This document shows positions 7,260 through 9,530 of a DNA stretch of 9,530 nucleotides, piece after piece (positions within the stretch are counted from its first letter, which is position 1; each line of letters opens with the position of its first letter). Made by a program: the position numbers and the translations under genes. The notes under the pieces were generated by a model. It did no database searches and was not told where the DNA came from. It worked only from the letters and a program-made list of their open reading frames with translations. The stretch lies in the NCBI GenBank assembly GCA_016748015.1, contig JAAOMT010000202.1, forward strand, positions 1 to 9,530, read 5' to 3'. The DNA is from Geosiphon pyriformis uo1. Its lineage: Eukaryota; Fungi; Glomeromycota.

Positions 7260-9530
7260 GCTTAAGGGCGCCCTACCCTTTGGGATATGGGTACCCTTTT
7301 TGTGGAGGTATTTGGTGGTAGGATTTGGGTAGTAGGGATCCCATCCTATGGACTCTTTTGGTGGAGTGATTGGGCTCATAGGGGAGACTGGGTACTGGTA
7401 GATTGTGGACCACTCAATATGGTGATAGGGTAGAAACCTATGGGCTCCATTTTGGTATTGGATCTACGGTTGGTAGTACTTTGGGTACTTTAGGGATTTT
7501 GTTTGACCCTCTAGGGCTACATTGGGTTGGTATATTTGGTGGATCTCTTATGGGTCTTTGGTTTTGGGATTATTTTGGTCTATTTGGGTCCACTACACTA
7601 TGGGCCAATAGGGTATTCGGGTATATAGGGGTTGGGACCTATATACTACTATGGTTGCTCCTCCACCCTAATAGGGCTAGACTGGGTATATTTGGTTGGT
7701 ACCTACGGTGTAGGAATTGGGCATCTTTTGTGGTACCTCTTATGGTTGGTATCCTATGGGTATATAGGTAGTGTTGGGGCTCTTTTTGGGTAGGTTTGGG
7801 GGTATCTTGGGGGATATTTGGTGGTATCCTATTTGGTTGTAGTCTTTGGGGCCACTACCCTATGGGCGATAGGGGTATACTGGGTATCTCTAATCTGTAA
7901 TACTTGGTGGTATAGATTGGGGCTCCTCCCACATATGGATATGGTATCTTTTGGGCAAGTCAATCTCAATCTTTTGGGTACTTTGGGTATCTCCCACCCT
8001 ATGGGATCTGGTACTGGGCAAGATTTTTGGTACCACTCTACTTTGGGATATGGGTATATTTGGGGAGATTTTGGGATACCCTAAATGGTGCCGAGGGGTC
8101 TATGGGACACTACTACACATCCTTGGCTATAAGGGTCTTTTGGGTACCACCAGCTAGGGCTCATATGGGATTTTTTGTATACCACTACTCTACTCTATGG
8201 TGCTCCTACACTATAGGCTAGTGGACTTTTGGGTAGATATTGGTACCACACATATGGCCATCCTAGAGGCTCTACAGGGATTGGGCTCATACCTTTTGGA
8301 TCTTGGGATACCCCCCCCCCTACCCTATGGTGAAAACCTTTTGTTGGTAGATGGGTATCTATACTCTGTACTCCCATACTATGGGTAGAGACTCTTTGGA
8401 GATTTTTGTGGATTCGGGTATCCTACATCTTGGTTTGTATGGGGTATTTGGTTGGACCCTAAATGGGATAGGAGGTCCACTACTTCTGGGCTACTCATGG
8501 ATCTATTGGGGAGATTGGGTAGAGTGGGGGTCCTTTGGGGATTTGGGTATCTAGATGGTGGATACTCCATATGGGCAAATTTGGGTATCATATGGGTGTA
8601 TTTGGTAGTACCCCCCCCCAGCTCATCCTCTGGTATATGGTATTGGGCTACCTGGTTGGGGGGGCCCCGCTGACTTGGCTCCGGCTCTGTATATTTTGGG
8701 ATACCACCCCCCTATGCTTGGTATTTGGTACCACTGCCATATGGTTGCTCAGCTCGGTGGTAGATTTTGGGGGGGATGGTTGGTACCTTATCCTATTGGG
8801 CTCAGCTCTTGGGTATATACTCAGGGTAGCATTTTGTGGACCACCTATCCTATGGGCTACATTGGTGGTGGTATATGGTGTATGTGGTACTACCCTATGA
8901 GATATGGTATCCTCTAATGTTTCTATTTGCTTACTATACTATGGGCTACATTGGCATCGGTGGTATATAGTAGATACCCATACTATGGGCTCTATGGGAA
9001 TATTTGGTACACTACTCTCTGGTTACCTATAGGGGAGGAGAGGTGGATCCTACTACCCATGGTGGTAGTGATATAGGCTACGCGTATAACTGGGTATTTT
9101 GTGGTATCCTCTTTTGTAATACTTGTAAACATCTTTGTGTGGAGAGTGGGGATACGGGTCCCTCCAACTACTTTATGGCTCCTTTGGGTACCACTCAATC
9201 TGGGCTACGTGAGATTGGTAGACTTGGTTGGTATCACTAGACTATGGGTACTGGGTATCTCCGTTTGTACCATCCTCTGGGTCCTTTGGGATACCACCAA
9301 ATAGGCTACGGGGAGTCATTGGTATATCCTGTTTGGTATCTTTTGGGTTGGAGGGGTAGGGATTTGGCTACCTTTTTGTATCTTTGTGGATACCCAATAT
9401 ATGGGATATGGCTACTTGCTCTTTGGTACCCTATCTGGGATAGGTATACTCCCCCTGGCCTCCTCAGTGGTATATAGGGTTGGTATTTGGTAGATAGGGA
9501 CCACTCATACGGTTTGGTACCCCCCCCCCC

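Larger units (their letters stand above)
6400..9530 (+). repeat. Degenerate GGTACC/GGTATC/CTATGGG-rich low-complexity repeat domain
   Basis: GGTACC recurs (about 15 by manual count), along with GGTATC, GATACC, CTATGGG, TTTTGGG and CCACTAC, with only about 4 GGATCC. There is strong G/T skew on the + strand. Confidence 0.8.

Noticed and set aside
6411-9477. Membrane-protein-like short ORFs and ORFs running through the N gap
   Set aside because: These are the same compositional artefact, and the gap-spanning ORFs are open only because of the Ns.

Overview
Most of this window is non-coding, low-complexity degenerate repeat DNA. It is G/T-skewed on the + strand, CpG-poor and punctuated by poly-C tracts. 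It has two sub-domains: a GGATCC-rich block (about 1400-4370) and GGTACC/GGTATC-rich blocks elsewhere. Two higher-complexity islands (about 460-756 and 4930-6400) translate by hand on the minus strand, across stops and frameshifts, into remnants of a mitovirus-type (Mitoviridae) RNA-dependent RNA polymerase. They therefore look like endogenised non-retroviral RNA virus elements (NERVEs). The two islands are complementary: the small one carries the motif-F region that the large one lacks at a C10 tract, and they share a diverged block of about 80 bp. A GC-rich mini-hairpin cluster lies at the inferred viral 3' end. An exact 297-bp duplication flanks a 194-N gap and is probably an assembly artefact. 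No intact gene, RNA gene or CRISPR array is supported. The host and the compartment (mitochondrial or nuclear) cannot be determined from the sequence alone.
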